A stretch of DNA of 64,000 nt from the human T2T-CHM13v2.0 reference genome, Homo sapiens. This document shows positions 14,295-29,600 of this stretch, piece by piece (position 1 is the first letter of the stretch; the number at the start of each line of letters is the position of its first letter). The stretch lies in assembly GCF_009914755.1 (NCBI RefSeq), contig NC_060929.1. One strand, given 5' to 3'. The notes beneath the pieces were generated by a model. The model did no database searches and was not told the DNA's origin. It worked only from the letters and a program-made list of their open reading frames with translations. Both the position numbers and the translations under genes were made by a program.

Positions 14295-15884
14295 TGTGGA
14301 TTTCCCCATGAGATCTGTCCCCTGGTTTTAATAATGTTGGCCTCTTTTCTCTGTGTTCTCCGACCTTCCTAGGCTGGACAACCAAGTTTATAATCCAGAA
14401 ATAGTTTCTTGTCTTGGGGTCTGCCATGCCCTATTAATTATCTCAAAGCTCTGAAGTGTTCTCCTAATACAACCATACACTAAAAGATTAACTGCCACTA
14501 TTTTCCACATCCTTATTATGTGTCCTGTAATCACTTTCAGTCACGTAATCCTCACAATGATAGTATATGCTGTTCTTATGCCCATTATACAGATGAGGAA
14601 ATGGAGGCTTAGAAAGGTTGTATCTTCCCAAGATCATCCTATTTCTATTCCAGAGTTTGTTCACCTCCTATTAAATCTACCATTTTCTAGTATCTTGCTT
14701 TCACTTAAGAAACACTAGTAATTCCCTAACTCACGTGGCTAAACATCAGATTTACAATTATCCAATTTTTGAGAATTATTGACAAAGCAAATATAATGAA
14801 GGCCAGGAAATAATTAAATAGATAATATAATTAGCAGTGGTTATAATTCATTAAAGTTTGAAAATGGTGACATTTTTCTTCTTGCATAATGGATGTGATA
14901 GTTCAATTAAAAAACAAATACTAAATACTCCAGAAATGCCCTGTGTTGGGACTGTGAAGATTACAGGGGTAAGGAACAGGTTTTGTCCTTGAATTTCAAG
15001 TTGAAGGGAGGATAAGAGCCTACAGTTGTCCAACATGTGACAGTTAATATAATCAGGTGCTACACTGTGTAGTAAGGCCATTATGCTTTGCCAAAGTTCA
15101 GAGGGTAGCAGAAACCAGGACAATGTAAGGATTTATGGAGGAGGTCTATCTGGAGTGAAGTATGTAAGGATGAATGGGGATTGAATCTCTAGAAAAGACA
15201 GAGCTGAGCTAGGACATTGGCATAATACTCACTAGGCAGTTAGAATTTCCCTAACTGAATGGCCAGCCTGGTTTCTTGCTGGCTGAATGTCCCTTGTCTG
15301 TAGAGAATATATAGTCTTTGAATTCAAAACAAATGCTGTCCCAGCCAAGCTTAGTGCCAGCAATGTCCTGAGTGACCTATATCTGGAGCAGTGAAATCAA
15401 TCAGATGCAAAGGGTTATTTACACAACTGATAGCTTCCTGCCTCAGATAGTCACGGCTTCTTTTAAGGTTGCTGAAGCAAACACTTTGCTTAATATTTGA
15501 ACCTAGAGAAGTTGAAAGCCAAGTACGTATTTAAATATTGATCAAGTTCAGGGCTTGAGAGCAGGCAAGAAAACTGCAGCTAGCATTGTATGTCCTTGGG
15601 TGGTGAGAGTTTCACAATTACTAGTTTTGCTGGTTTCTTTTTAGTGGGGAAGGGGCTTGGGGGTAACTTCTTATAATATTTGTTCCTCTTTCCACATTTT
15701 TTTGTTTTTTAAAAAAAGATACATACCTGCCAGAATTAAAAAAAAAAAAAAAAGAAAAAGAGGGCTTCAGTACTAGTGATATGAAAAAGGACAATAACAA
15801 CAAAGGCTTCTAACACATCACCATGTTTATTCACCAGAGTTTGGAAACCATTTTTGTCTGGCATGTTGATTCAGTTAATCTTCA

Positions 15885-16245
<361 letters not shown>

Positions 16246-17029
16246 TGAGGGTGGAATCAGCTGGGATGACAGCCCAGGTCAGGAGTGCAATGCCAGTGTT
16301 GGGGTCCCTTTCCCAAGGCGGAATTGCAGCCTTTGCCTTGGAACAGGGCTAAGGCATTCAGACACACGATGGTCTTTCTCTTGCTAATCTCAGCCTTTCT
16401 CAGCATTCGTATCAGCAAGGTGGGCTGGGGAAGGTGGCGGCTGGAAGGGAGACAGAAAAGGCCCAGGCCCAGGAGAAGTGGTGGTGGCAGCCTGGGAGCT
16501 GGGCTCCATTCTGGCTTGGGATCTTGGTGGCCAGCTTCCTCGGGCCACACCTTTGTTATGGTTCTGTGCGTAGCCAGTCTTCAAAGGAAAAACAAAGCAG
16601 AGACTCAAGGTGATTTTATAAATTTTATTAGAAACTTTATATTTCAATACTAATTTCCTTACAAATAGTCTTAACTATAACACTTACTGCCACAGCAGTC
16701 TCAGATGGGCAATTTTACCTTTAAAGCTGCAATAATGGTCTTAAGTCTGTATATGAGAGCCTGGCTGATGAAGAGGCTTGGCTTCTGCTCTTGGGGCTGT
16801 CATCACATCTAAGAGGAAAACTGCTTTGGAGGATAAGGAAGTCCCTTCACATTGCTGTTCATTGTAAAAGTGGTTATGGTTTTCATACGTTTTTGAATTA
16901 AGACTTGCAGCCACTTGCGTGCATAAACGTGAAGGGAATCGCAGCTTGCAAAGCTCTCGGCCAGGGAACATGAGCTTCAAATAAGAGGGCAAATGCTGTT
17001 TTTAAAAATAATATTTCCTATTGTAATAG

Positions 17030-18130
17030 ACCCGGGCCGTATTATGTCACGGGTGTGGTGGCTTTTGGCTGGGAACAGCCTGAGCCTCCCTCGGGCCTGG
17101 CACAACTCCTTTCGCGAGCGGGCAGCCCAGCGCCTCCCTCGGGAGGCGCCAAGGCGTGGGGGCGCCCGGGGCGCAACTGGCACTCCTGTGGCCCGCCAGG
17201 TCCGCGCCAGCCTCCGCGCCTCCGATCTCCGGAGGCCAACGGCCGCAGCCCCGCAGCGGGAGGGGGCTGGCGGAGACAGCGCGGTAGGGGCAGCTTCAGG
17301 TTTCCTCCTGGAGCCGGTGTCGGGCGCGGCCGGCGGGCGGGCCTCGCCATGTGATGCGGCCGCCGCGAGCCGGGCCGGGAGGTGGGCAGGCGGGGATCCA
17401 GTGGCAGCGGGGAGGCGCGGGGGGAGCGGGGGGAGCGGGGGCGGCACCCGCTGCTGGCGCAGCCAGCCGGGCCCGGGCGCGCGGCCGCGGCTCCACCCCC
17501 TAAACCTTGGCTTCAGCCCGGCCGCCGCCAGGCGTTGGCATCGCCGGGGAGAGCCTTCCGGACTCCGGGCGGCGGCTGGCTGGGGGCGCGTTCCGAGGCG
17601 CCCTCAGGCAGGGCGCGGGGGCAGAGCCTCGCCTGGGTTCTGGAGGCTGCGGGGCCATCGCTCCAGGTAAATGCTCTTTGGGACTCCATCGTCTGCGTTT
17701 CCCTGCAGCTCTGGGCGGAAAAGTTTGTCCACCTGAGTTCGCATCCGCAGGGCCACTTTCTCCAGGGTCCCCAGGGATGCGAGGGTCAGCAGAGGTGACC
17801 GGGGAACCGCTGCAGGCGCTGCGGCGCGAGGGCTGGGCGCCGCCTCCCGCTCCCTCGGGAGCGGCAACAAGTGGAGAGGGCGGCGCAGCCTCGTAAGGCG
17901 GCGGCAGCTGCGGAGCGCGGGGTCGCTCGGGCGCACTGAGAGCCGGGGGCTGGGCGGGTGAAAGCCCCGCCAGTGTCCTTCGGGAGACAGGGAAATAAAC
18001 AGCACTCCTGCGGTGGAGAAGGGAGAACGTCGAGAGTTGGTGTCCGCCCTTCCCATCCATGCTTCAGCTCCGGGACTGAGGGTGCTTGGCAGGGCCAGGA
18101 CCGCAGAATGCAGACGGAACGCAAGCTCAG
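17030..18130. promoter_or_regulatory. CpG island promoter
   Basis: ~1.1 kb of very GC-rich, CpG-dense non-repeat sequence in a CpG-depleted background; GC boxes (GGGCGG). Confidence 0.95.
17300..17666 (+). other. Probable non-coding first exon of an unidentified + strand gene (TSS approximate)
   Basis: Inside the CpG island; donor CCAG|GTAAAT at 17666/17667; downstream + strand is T/G-rich as expected for a transcribed intron. Confidence 0.6.
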
Positions 18131-20373
18131 GACACACGCACTACCACTTACTCGTGTGGAAGCATTTGCTGTGTTTCAAAAGGCATTTATGGTTACCTTG
18201 GTTGGGAAAGGTGGTCAGAATTATGTGGGACTCCTTACGCTTATTTTATGGATTTGTTTCCCCTTAAATACCCGGGGTGTATGTGGTGGTGCCCCAGCCT
18301 TCCCGTGCTTAGGTTTTCCGAATGACAGGCCGGTGTTTGGCCAAGAAAGCACCATTTGGGTCGAGGGCTGTATGGAAACTGGGTGCTCAGGCGGCCCTGG
18401 ATACCCAGCTTTGGTTTCCCAGAGACCAGTTAGATTTCTAAGAAAGAATCCATCTCTATAGGCCCACAGCGTCCCCGCATTGGTTGGCTGGGTGGGCCGA
18501 GGAACAGTGGCAACATCTGTGTTTGTGCGGCTTCTCCCGCCTTGACCCCTGCCTGGGTATCCACACATCTCCTCACACCAGGAGTTATAGAGGTTCACCA
18601 CGGACCACACCAATTGGGCAAAATCCAAAGAAAGTAAGATCTTTAATTTTCGTTTATAAAGAACTGATCATTTGGGGTTCCATGGGGCCCCTGGCTTTCT
18701 GAAGCGTTGTTATCTTGTGTTCCTAGGCCCTGAAGCTGTCAGGTGTAAGTGAAATCCTGTTTTCACTGCAAAAACAAATCAAGGACCTACCCTTGTTAGG
18801 TTCTGTGGCATCTACTTTGTACATGACAATCCAAGCGTAGTGATGACTTCTGGGAAACCTGGGAAGGTTTCTCTAGATCTGTCCTGGGTTTTTAGTTACA
18901 CATTCCTAAAGCACATGGGTATTTGCCTAATCTTGATTAATAGCCAAAGTAACCCCTTTGGAGTATTTGCAGAAAAGAGATGAATATGGCAAAACCCTTT
19001 GGAATTTTTAATACAACATAGTATTTCAATGTAATGTTCTGATGTGGACTCTATATGTGATTATTGGGCTGATTAACTTTGATCAAATAGGAATTTGGCT
19101 AGCATCAGATCTTATAGCTAATGGTTAGGGAAACTGAGGCTCAGAGCTAGCTATAGAGTGTGTGACTCAGATGAATGTCTTGGGTAATGGGAGAATGGAG
19201 AACAGAGAATCAGTGTTTGTCCTGCTTTTGACTTTTTTTTTTTCCTTATCAAAACCACACAATCTGGCCAACTAAGAACAGGTTGTATAGCAGGCGTGTC
19301 ATTAGACTTTCCTCTGAAGTACCCAACTGTCCTTTAAGCAGTTTATAAACACTTAAAGGTAAAGAAGAAAAATAGTAGTTAATAACTAAGTTTCTATGAA
19401 ATGTCTCAGAAGCCTCACTTGGGTGGGTTTCATACTTTTTTTTTTTAATTATGTGAGTACTGCAGAAGAGTTTGGAATGTTTTCTTATTGTGTTCTTATA
19501 AGAAACTACACTTGTGGCTAAGACTTAAATTGGGCAGGAATTTCAGGTGAGCTCTGATACATGACCTCCTTTAGTATGCCCCGTGAGAAAAGACTATGTG
19601 TTCTAAGTAGGTATTAAAACAAATTGCAGCATATACTATTACTTCTATATTAAACATTCTGTACACCACTATATTGGTACCCAAGCTCCAACAAGTCCTG
19701 CCAGTTTATGACCAAGGACTGAATTCCAAGAAAAAAAGATTCATGATATAAATGTTGGAAAAGCCTCACCACTTGGGCATGGCTAGGATGGTACTGAACA
19801 GAGCCTAAATTACCTAGGCTTATGCTTTTATTTACTAATCAGATATGACAGATCTGGTTTGTGTAGGTTTTGTGTAATTGCATTTGTATTTATGTTGCTT
19901 TTAGTGAAGCAGAGTAGCTCTGGGATCCCCCCACCGGCCCCCGCCCATAACCTTAAATAAGATTTGTTATGAAGAGGTGGGTCAACCTGGGCAACTCCTA
20001 CTGAGGATGTAAAAACAGTGTTACATTTGAAGTGCACCAAATTCAGGGAATTCTGCCATGCTAAAGTTGTGCTGTAAATATGCCACCCTGTCAGACTTGA
20101 GTCCACATCTCTACTTAGGCAAAGCTGGGCTTTGAGATATTTTTCTTGCTTAAGAAGTGTAGGTCAGGTCCTGTATCACAGAGCATTTTGCTCCATTTGT
20201 ATGATACTCTGCCATTTTGTCCAGTCTCTGTGACCCTTAGTTCTTTTGTTATTATCATGGTATTGGAAGTTCTCGGAAGCCCAAGGCAGTGTCACTCTAC
20301 TATTTTGCCATTTTGACAATCTCTATTATGGGGCTCTCTTTCTATGAACATGTTCTTCATTTACATTCATTCA

Positions 20374-20851
<478 letters not shown>

Positions 20852-21644
20852 TTAAAGACATTTGACTGGCAAAATAAGTCATGTAACTTATTTTTTTAAT
20901 GTGATAGTGCATCTTCTTAATTGACTTCCATTTTTCCCTTGAAATTTGATCTCAGGCACAATAGTAATTTGCTTATTTGTAACATTATTGCTCCTGGACT
21001 TCTTCTCCTGGATAACCAAGATAATGAGATCTGACATCATTTTTTAATGAGAGAAAGTAAAAAAGTATATAATTGAATAGTGGGCATTTGTTCCAGTGAT
21101 ACTGGTTTTGAACACTTGTATAAAAATGTATTTTAATTTTCAGAGGTGTTTTCTCTTGTTTTAGTTTAATCTTTCCCTCAATTATAAATAACTCGAGGTC
21201 TGATTTCTGTAGAAAGTTAACATACAAGCGATGTTCTCTTAAGAGCAGATGAAAATGTGTCTATGAGTGAGGACCAACAGGCAGAAATCAGCAGTGGTGG
21301 CTTTGCTCTCCATAGTAGCCTGTTCAGAAGAGACCTTTCCAAAGCCAGCAGGCAAATAGCATTCTGCCTATTTCTAGTGGCAAGCTTTGTGTGACTGCTG
21401 TGCACATGATCATTGTGCCTTTAAAAAATATACACTTGAAATGTTAATATGCTTCAAATATATATAATAGACATTCCCTTAATAAATAGATGAAGCGTAT
21501 ATTGTATATATTAATGACATTTATGGTTTAGCTTTTCAATTCATTATCAAACACTAGTGACCATGCCCTTTCTGTTTAAGACTTACTCCTTTTCTTCCAT
21601 CATTTTATAATTCAAGAAATTATATTTCATAAACTCTCATGAAG

Positions 21645-22120
21645 GGGGTTAGAATGTGGACTTTGGAGCCAGACTGTCTGGGTTAAATAGCCCCAACTTT
21701 GCCCTGGCTATGTGACCTCTCTCTACCTCAGGTTTTTCCATTTGTAAAATGCGGATAATAATAGTAACCTGCTTCAACTGTTGTGAGGACTCCGTGATTT
21801 AATTTACAGAGAACCCTCCTGGTAGTGCCTGACAGAGAGTAAGTTGTAGTTATAGCAAATGGAAAATAACCATTTAAAAAGGATAAAAGGGTAGCAGGTT
21901 TTTCAGCTTTCAGAAGGTAGTGAGATGTCAGTGTGACCCCAGGAGAAATTGCCCTAGGCTGGGAGTTGGAGGAAGGGATGGAGTCCTCTGGCTTTCCAGT
22001 TTTGTGACCTTGGGTGAGTATTCCTACTGGAACCCTATCTGGTCCCAGTTTCCTCATCCAGTAAAATGGAAAGGATTAGACTGGATGACCTCTAAGAGCA
22101 ACCCATTTTTTAACATTCTA
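21645..22120 (+). mobile_element. Two MIR fragments
   Basis: ggactttggagccagactgtctgggtt; cctcaggtttttccatttgtaaaatg; cagtttcctcatccagtaaaatgg. Confidence 0.7.
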
Positions 22121-24132
22121 CTCAGTCTTGATGAATTGAATGTGAATGTGATGTATTTGTCAATTTGCTTTACTTGTCTTGGTCAACACTACTGGAAAGG
22201 TACTGTCTAAAAGGTTAGCATTGTGCCTGCAATAGGCATTTGAATAGATGATGAGCTGTCACTCTTATTCCTTATCTCTCCTTGACTACCAGACAGTCAT
22301 CAGGTTTAAATGACTTGGAGTTATCTTCCTGGACTTAGTCCAAAGAGATTTCAGACATGCAAGTCCAGATTCCTTGTGTGGGCCATATGGCTGCCCTAGT
22401 CCTCTTCTTCTGAAGAACCCCTCATGTAGAAGAGGGGTGGTATAGCTCTGGAAAGAGGAAAGACAAGTGGGCTGACTGTTTAATTTTATGATAAAAATAA
22501 TTTCTATCAGGCAAAGAAGTCTCATGAAGGACTTTTAAGTATGGTGAAAAGCAAGAGGTTTCATTGGGCTGGATGGTTCAGACAAAGTCCCTCGGGGGCT
22601 TATATTTTTGTCTTTTCCCTCTAAGACCCTGATTTACTGTCTGTACATTGTCACTGGTTCTTTTTCAACAGTGCTTCTCCTTTTCTTGCTTCACCAGCCT
22701 CCTGGTTTGCTGTATGATCAGGTGTTAGAGTTCTGAAAGGTAGAGGATATTCAGTGATTAATGAGACTACTGACTATGGGTTCTTTACTTTGAGCTTCTA
22801 ACCCAGGATTTCAAGCCCTGTTGTTCACTGGAACCACCTGGGTTCAGAATCTCTCAAGTGGACCTGGCATCATTTTCTAAAGAGGTGATTCTAATGTACA
22901 GCTGGGTTTGATAGCTACTTTCCTAATCTTTAGGTGTTTCTGGCTTCCTACATTGCACAGTGCCTAGGGAAAGGGTAACACCTGCTATTTCTCATGGTGT
23001 TACTGTTATGCTGTTGGTGTGTCAACTGCCTCCTGCTGTTTCTCCCTTGTGAACTCTCCAGTTCTGTTAGCCAGGACTAGTACTGCCTATGGAACATGTT
23101 GTGTGTTTCTGACTTCTTTGACTTTTTCCTAGTGGGCCCCTTTTCCTCCCTTGCCAACAAGTATTGCAGTCCTCAAAGCCCAGCTTAAACCACTTTCTGC
23201 CTGTAACCTTCAACTAACTTAGTAGCAACTGTGCTGCTTTCCCTTTTGAACTCCTACCACCCTCTCATTTTTTACTTACCACCTGTCCCTGGGTTCATTT
23301 TGTGTTCCTGTATATAAGTCTCAACTTTACATAGTGACTGTAGCCCATTAATGACAGGGACCCTGATTTAGGCTACTTTGTAGGGTGCTCAAAGTAGAAT
23401 ATACACGTGTTGGTCAGTTATTTAGTTATTTTGCTAACTGTCGTCTCAAGTCCTTCTTGTTTGCAGCACCACTGCAAGTACTAGTGGTGGTGTTTTCCTG
23501 GGTATCCGATGTGGATTGCGTTGGAAAACACTGGGGTGCAGGGGGAGGAGGGCAAAGTTTGCTCAGGAATTAGACAGTTAGTCCTTCCCAGATGTAAATG
23601 GGAGACCTCATGGACCTCTCTGAGGAAACTGTATCAACCTGCATGGGGAAATGAATGAAATTCTTGATTAAAATCTGAGTCTTTGGATTGAAAGAAACCT
23701 AAAAGTTTTTCTGTAGTCTCCAGAAGGTGCACAATTCCCCTGCATGGCCTGTCTCCAAATGGTTGACCAGTCTGTCCTTGAATACCTTCAGTGATGAGGA
23801 CCTCATGACCATAAAGATAATCCATCTATTTGGAAAGCTTAGACTTTTAAAAACAATTCTCCCTTATCCTAAGTTTGTCACAGTTCTGCTATGTGGAGGC
23901 CATTCTGAACAATTTCTCTTATATGGTAGCCTCTAACATTTAAAAAAATTAATTATATATCCTACCTTCAAGTCTTCTTTTATTGAGGTTAGAAAATAAA
24001 AATCTGTTTCTTCAGCCCTTGTTAAGTGACATGATTTTGAATCCTTTCACAAACCTGAATATTGGACATATTCCAATTCACTATTTTCTTTTTAAAGTAT
24101 AGTTCTTCCAGATGCTATCTGACAGTGTAGAG

Positions 24133-24636
24133 CAGCAGTCCCCAACCTTTTTGACACCAGGGATTCGTGTTGTAGAAGACAGTCTTTCAATGGACTTTGG
24201 TGAGGGGGATGGTTTCAGGATGATTCAAGTGCATTATGTTTATTGTACATTTTATATAATGAAATAATAATACAACTCACCATAATGTAGAATCAGTGGG
24301 AGCCCTGAGTTTGTTTTCCTGCAACTAGATGGTCCTACCTGGGGCTGATGGGAGACGGTGACAGATCATCAGGCATTAGAGTCTCATAAGAAGTCCCCAA
24401 CCTAGATCCCTTGCATGCACAGCTCACAGTAGTGTTCGCATTCCTATGAGAATCTAATGTTGCCACTGCTCGGACGGGAGGTGGAGCTCAGGCAGTAAAG
24501 TGAACGATGGGGAGCAGCTGTAAATACAGATGAAGCTTCACTCTCTTGCGTACTGCTCAACTCCTGCTGTGTGACCTGGTTCCTAACAGGCCATGGACCT
24601 GTACTGGTCTTTGGCCCCAGGGGTTGGGGACCTCTG
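24133..24636. mobile_element. MER1A hAT-Charlie element, full length
   Basis: TIRs cagcagtccccaacc / ggttggggacctctg; perfect 8-bp TSD gtgtagag. Confidence 0.92.
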
Positions 24637-24899
24637 GTGTAGAGCACAGATCTGTCCCCCTTTCTTCTAGGGAAGAAGTGACACCTCATGGTTAAGATTA
24701 GCAGCTGCAGGTCAGAGAGACTTGGGGAGACTCATGGCCTGCTGCTTCTAGCTTGTCTTGGCCAAGTCACCTAAACTTTTAGCCTCAGTTTTTGTCTATT
24801 TCTCTCATAAGATTGTAAAAAGGACTCAATAAGATAGTCTATATAAAGTGTTTAGCACAGAACCTAAGAGAATAACTCCTCAATAAACAATACCTTTAA

Positions 24900-25218
<319 letters not shown>

Positions 25219-26389
25219 TAACTGTACTGTTGAGTTTCCACGTTCATAGTCATCTCAAAATTAGTTTCTTTTTATGTATGTTGCTATGGAGCCATATATC
25301 CTCATTCATGGAATTGTGCAATTGGGTTTTTAGTCTTATGAATAATCTTAATATTTATCTTTCTTGAATTTATTTTCCTGTATTTGACCATTTTTTCCTA
25401 GTCTTTTAGAGTGTTTATACATTTTTCATATTCACTACCCCTTTTAGTCTCAAGGTATCCATAGGTTTGATAAACATTTATTCAATGCCTGAGGAAACAA
25501 TAAAAGTGTTATTTAGGCTGAAATCTAGGGCAGAGCCATTTGATGTGTCTATGCAAACTTCAGTTCAGGTTGATGTTTATCAATTTCAAGTAGGCTTGTT
25601 CAACTAATTACTACTTATTTGTATCAGCATCTGGTTCTTAATCCCCCATCTCCTCATAAAGATATATACTGTGTCTATTATATCTCTTTGTCTAACAGTC
25701 TGGTAAATTATCACCACATAATAAAATGGGGTTATTCTCAAGTGACTTATTCTTTGGGAGCACACACTGGCTCCAAAATGCCACTGCTTTTTCTTCGAGG
25801 TCCTCATACACCACACTTTTAATAATCTGCTCTAGAATCTTAATCTAGGATCAACATGAAATGCCTTCTGTCTATAATTTGTAGAATCTGCCGTTTTGAA
25901 AGTTGGAATGACATGTGCTTGTCTCCTGTATCGAATCCCTCTGTCATTGTCCACAGTTCCTGATGGATTATGGTTAGGAAATCTCATCAGATTCTTTACT
26001 ATCCTGGCATGTCCAGCAGCCTGGAACTGATTCAGACCAGCTTGATGCTCTCTTACAATGGACTTTCTCACTTAGAGATGTTCTTTCTCTCCTTTTTAAT
26101 TAAAAAATCATTCCTTTCTAAAAGGAGACAAAATACAAATAGACATGGAGGAAATCTCTTTTCTTGATCAGTCTTCTATGCTCTATCACCAGCCCCAAGC
26201 CAACCTATTCCTTTCTTGACATTCTGGTTTTAAAAATAGTTGAAATAAAAATTTTAGTATCCTTAGATTTTTAGGAAACCTCAGGTTATTTGGGCCTTTA
26301 GACTGTCTGATACAATTCTAAAGAGCATGACTCCCTCATGTTTGTTCTTGCAAAGGGCCAGGGAAGAGAGTAAAAAGAAAGCCATTCAT

Positions 26390-26690
26390 GGGCCGGGTGC
26401 AGTGGCTCACGCTTGTAATCCCAGCACTTTGGGAGCCCGAGGCAGGTGGATCACCTGAGGTGGAGAGTGCGAGACCAGTCTGACCAACATGGATAAACCC
26501 CGTCTCTACTAAAAATACAAAATTATCCAGGCATGGTGGCACATGCCTATAGTCCCAGCTACTCGGGAGGCTAAGGCAGGAGAATCGCTTGAACCCAGGG
26601 GGCGGAGGTAGCAAGTGGGCCGAGATCGCGTCATTGCACTCCAGCCTGGGCAACAATAGTGAAACTCCATCTCAAAAAAAAGAAAGAAAG
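26390..26690 (+). mobile_element. AluS (Sp/Sq-like)
   Basis: ggccgggtgcagtggctcacgcttgtaatcc...; TSD aaagaaagccatt. Confidence 0.95.
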
Positions 26691-29600
26691 CCATTTTTTT
26701 TTTATCATTTATGTATGAGTGGAAAATAGCACACACCTAGGAATCAGGAGACCTGGCTTTAGTCTTGAGCTCATTGAAAGTAATCTCTTCATATCTCCAA
26801 GAATCAATGTCTTTTCCAAATAGAAGGACTTTGGTTGTTTCTATAAACTGTGATGATTTCTTTAGGTAGTGATTTCATTGGCTATTTATAAAGCTTGGTG
26901 GAGATGGAATTTGGATATGGTAGTGTAGTAGGGAAATTAAAGTCCAGGTTTATCACTCTGTGGAATAACCTGTCTCCTTTTTTATTATCAGAAACCCACA
27001 TTTAGGTATAAGAATCAGCTCATCTAATGTAAGTGTTGTCTTTCACGGAGTTGTCAACTTTGCAACTTGTCAAAAACTTCAGGAATGGATTTCTGGAAGT
27101 TGCTTTTATAGCAGTTATCACAGCCCCTAGAGATGTAGCAGGATTCAGCTGGCCATTCCTATTCTTGGAGAAAAAGAACAATGCACAAAACGCATTGCCA
27201 ATGCTTTAATAGGGTTTTAACTGACGGATTTTTAAGGGGGAGTGAAATAGAAGTATTTCTCTTAAGTTCTATGTTTCCTGACATATGTAACTGTTATATA
27301 AAATACATGTATATTGTTTCTTCTCCCATTTGATCACCAGAAATATTGATATCTTGCTCACTGACAATAAAACAGTATCAAGGACTCCTTGATGTTTAGT
27401 TAGAAAAGTTCCAACTTGGACAGAAATTTGTTTATTATGAGACAAAGGTCTTATGTCCTTTGATTTTTAGTCTTCTTGTAAAAATGTTTTAGTGTTAATA
27501 AAAAGGTGCTTAAGATTTCAACTATAGATAACTTAGGTTGTTACAATAAAAATGAACCCTCTAGGTTATCTTCTTCGTATCTACAGAAAGTCCCAAATTA
27601 ACTTTTCACTTGGCATGCTTGTCTCACAATGGTAGGGCTGAGCTAGAGAAAATTCAACTTTACCAAGAACAGTTTAAAGAAACTACATCTTGACATGAAT
27701 GTTAACAGTAATTTGGATATTGTTTATTAGAGGTTTTTTCGTATTAAAAATAAAGAGTAAGTTTTTTTCCCCTCTCACATTTATGGTAGGAAGCTTTATC
27801 TTCATCAGCTGTGTTGCACCTTTGTGGACAGCAGCAGAAGAAATTAGAAGTAGAGAGATGTTTGATGTTCAATTCATTGAAAAACAGTCTCTTTAGTGTG
27901 AGTTGGAAGTGATTGCTGGTGGTTCACACCATTCATCATAGTGGGGTAGTAGAGTGTGTGCAAGATGAAGGTTTTAAAAAGATTGTCAGTCTGAATGTAG
28001 CAAAGGTTGGACCAGAAGTAGATTTGGGTTGAAGTCTTAGCATTGCCACTGATATATAGGGTGGGTCATATCACCTTTCTCGGCTCTGGTGACCTCATCT
28101 GAAACCCAAGGGGCCAGGGTCAGACCATCTCCACGGTGTGTTCCATCTGTCAAGTTCTATGTTTCTGTGGAGGTAAGGATGGTGTCTTAAGCCTCCCTCA
28201 CATTACGAGCATCACGCTTGGCTCCCAGAGTGCTTTCAGACACTTGACTGGCAACATCTAGATTGTTCAGGAAGTTGAGTTTGAAGATGGTGCTTCAGTG
28301 TTGCATCTTTATGGGGAGAAATGATTGCAAATACTTTGAGATTACCCTGTCATGGCAGCTCATGTTATTGTTGTCAGAATACTTCATGAGCAGTGAGGTG
28401 GAATCAGCCAGTAATAATCAAGTAATTATTTTTAATTGAATTTTAGGATGAATGAAAATGGGTATTAATTTCATTTTAACATATTGAACTTAATGTACCT
28501 AACCCCAGTGAGGCTGGGTGGAGAATATGCTCTGAAATGTATGGCCTTTTTGATAACTATCAGTTTTTAGCTAAAATAAGAACTTATATAATGGTTCCAT
28601 CCCCTCTCTCCCTTCCCCTAACCCCGCTCCCATCTTTCTCTACCTCTCCTCCTTCTCTCAAGAAACTTAGGGATTTTCCTTCTGTTTAGTCTCACAATTT
28701 TTTTCCTCAAAAAGAGATAGCAAATCTGTAAAACCTCTAGTATTTTATGTAGTTCCTACCTAGTGGTATGAAAGAAAACACACTTGTGCTTATAAAAAGG
28801 TAGTATTTTAAAGCATGACATCCTTCCACTTTTCACAGAGCCTCAAGATAAAGATATTTTATTATATTGGTGATTTGGACAATGGATTTATTCTATTTGG
28901 GATTTTACTTGCTGAGTGTAGGGGCTCTAAGCCCTCTTATCATTTAGGAGTTCTTTCCAAAGCTTTTTTACTTCAGGGAGTTTTGGGAGTGTTATTTGAT
29001 TTTTTGAGCCTTTATTGAGTTGGGTTTAGCTAGTAATTGCTGTAAGGCAGACATATGCTGCATGCTGGAGGTTCAGAGATAAGAAGCTTAGAGGTAGCTC
29101 TTGAGGAGCTCTCAATGCTGACAAATTAGCTGCCATAAAAGCCAGTAAATACATTGTGATATGGAGAAGCAATGGACCAGCGTGCTCTCAGCAGCCTGAG
29201 CAAAGGCAATTTTCTGGGAGCCGTACCTGGTATAATAGAGATCAAAGTATTGTTTAGTTTTTTTTTTCTTCTTTCCTGTTATGGTGTTCTAAATGTAATG
29301 TATATTGTAAATATGCATCTGCTCCAGTGATGTTATAGAAACAAGTGAATTTAAGAAATTGATGTTTTAATTAAAATCTGTAATTGGAGTGATTATCTTT
29401 CAGACGTTAGAATGCAACCACAAACTGTAGCACTTGCTTTAAAACTATTATTTTTTGAACATACATAATTACTTGCTGCTAATAATTTTTTAAAACCCTT
29501 TCAAAGTTGGGCTTATAAATAAATATTTACTGTAGCTATTTGGTGGGAGGGAAACTCAAATATTATCAAACAGAAAAGATGATTCCTTTATATTCCAGTT

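Noticed and set aside
16977-18461. Long overlapping ORFs (up to 225 aa) on both strands
   Set aside because: Ala/Gly/Pro/Arg-rich products of a stop-poor CpG island, with no recognisable domain and mostly non-ATG starts
18462-18750. Possible small alternative exons just downstream of the CpG island
   Set aside because: Splice motifs are weak or ambiguous and cannot be supported without transcript data
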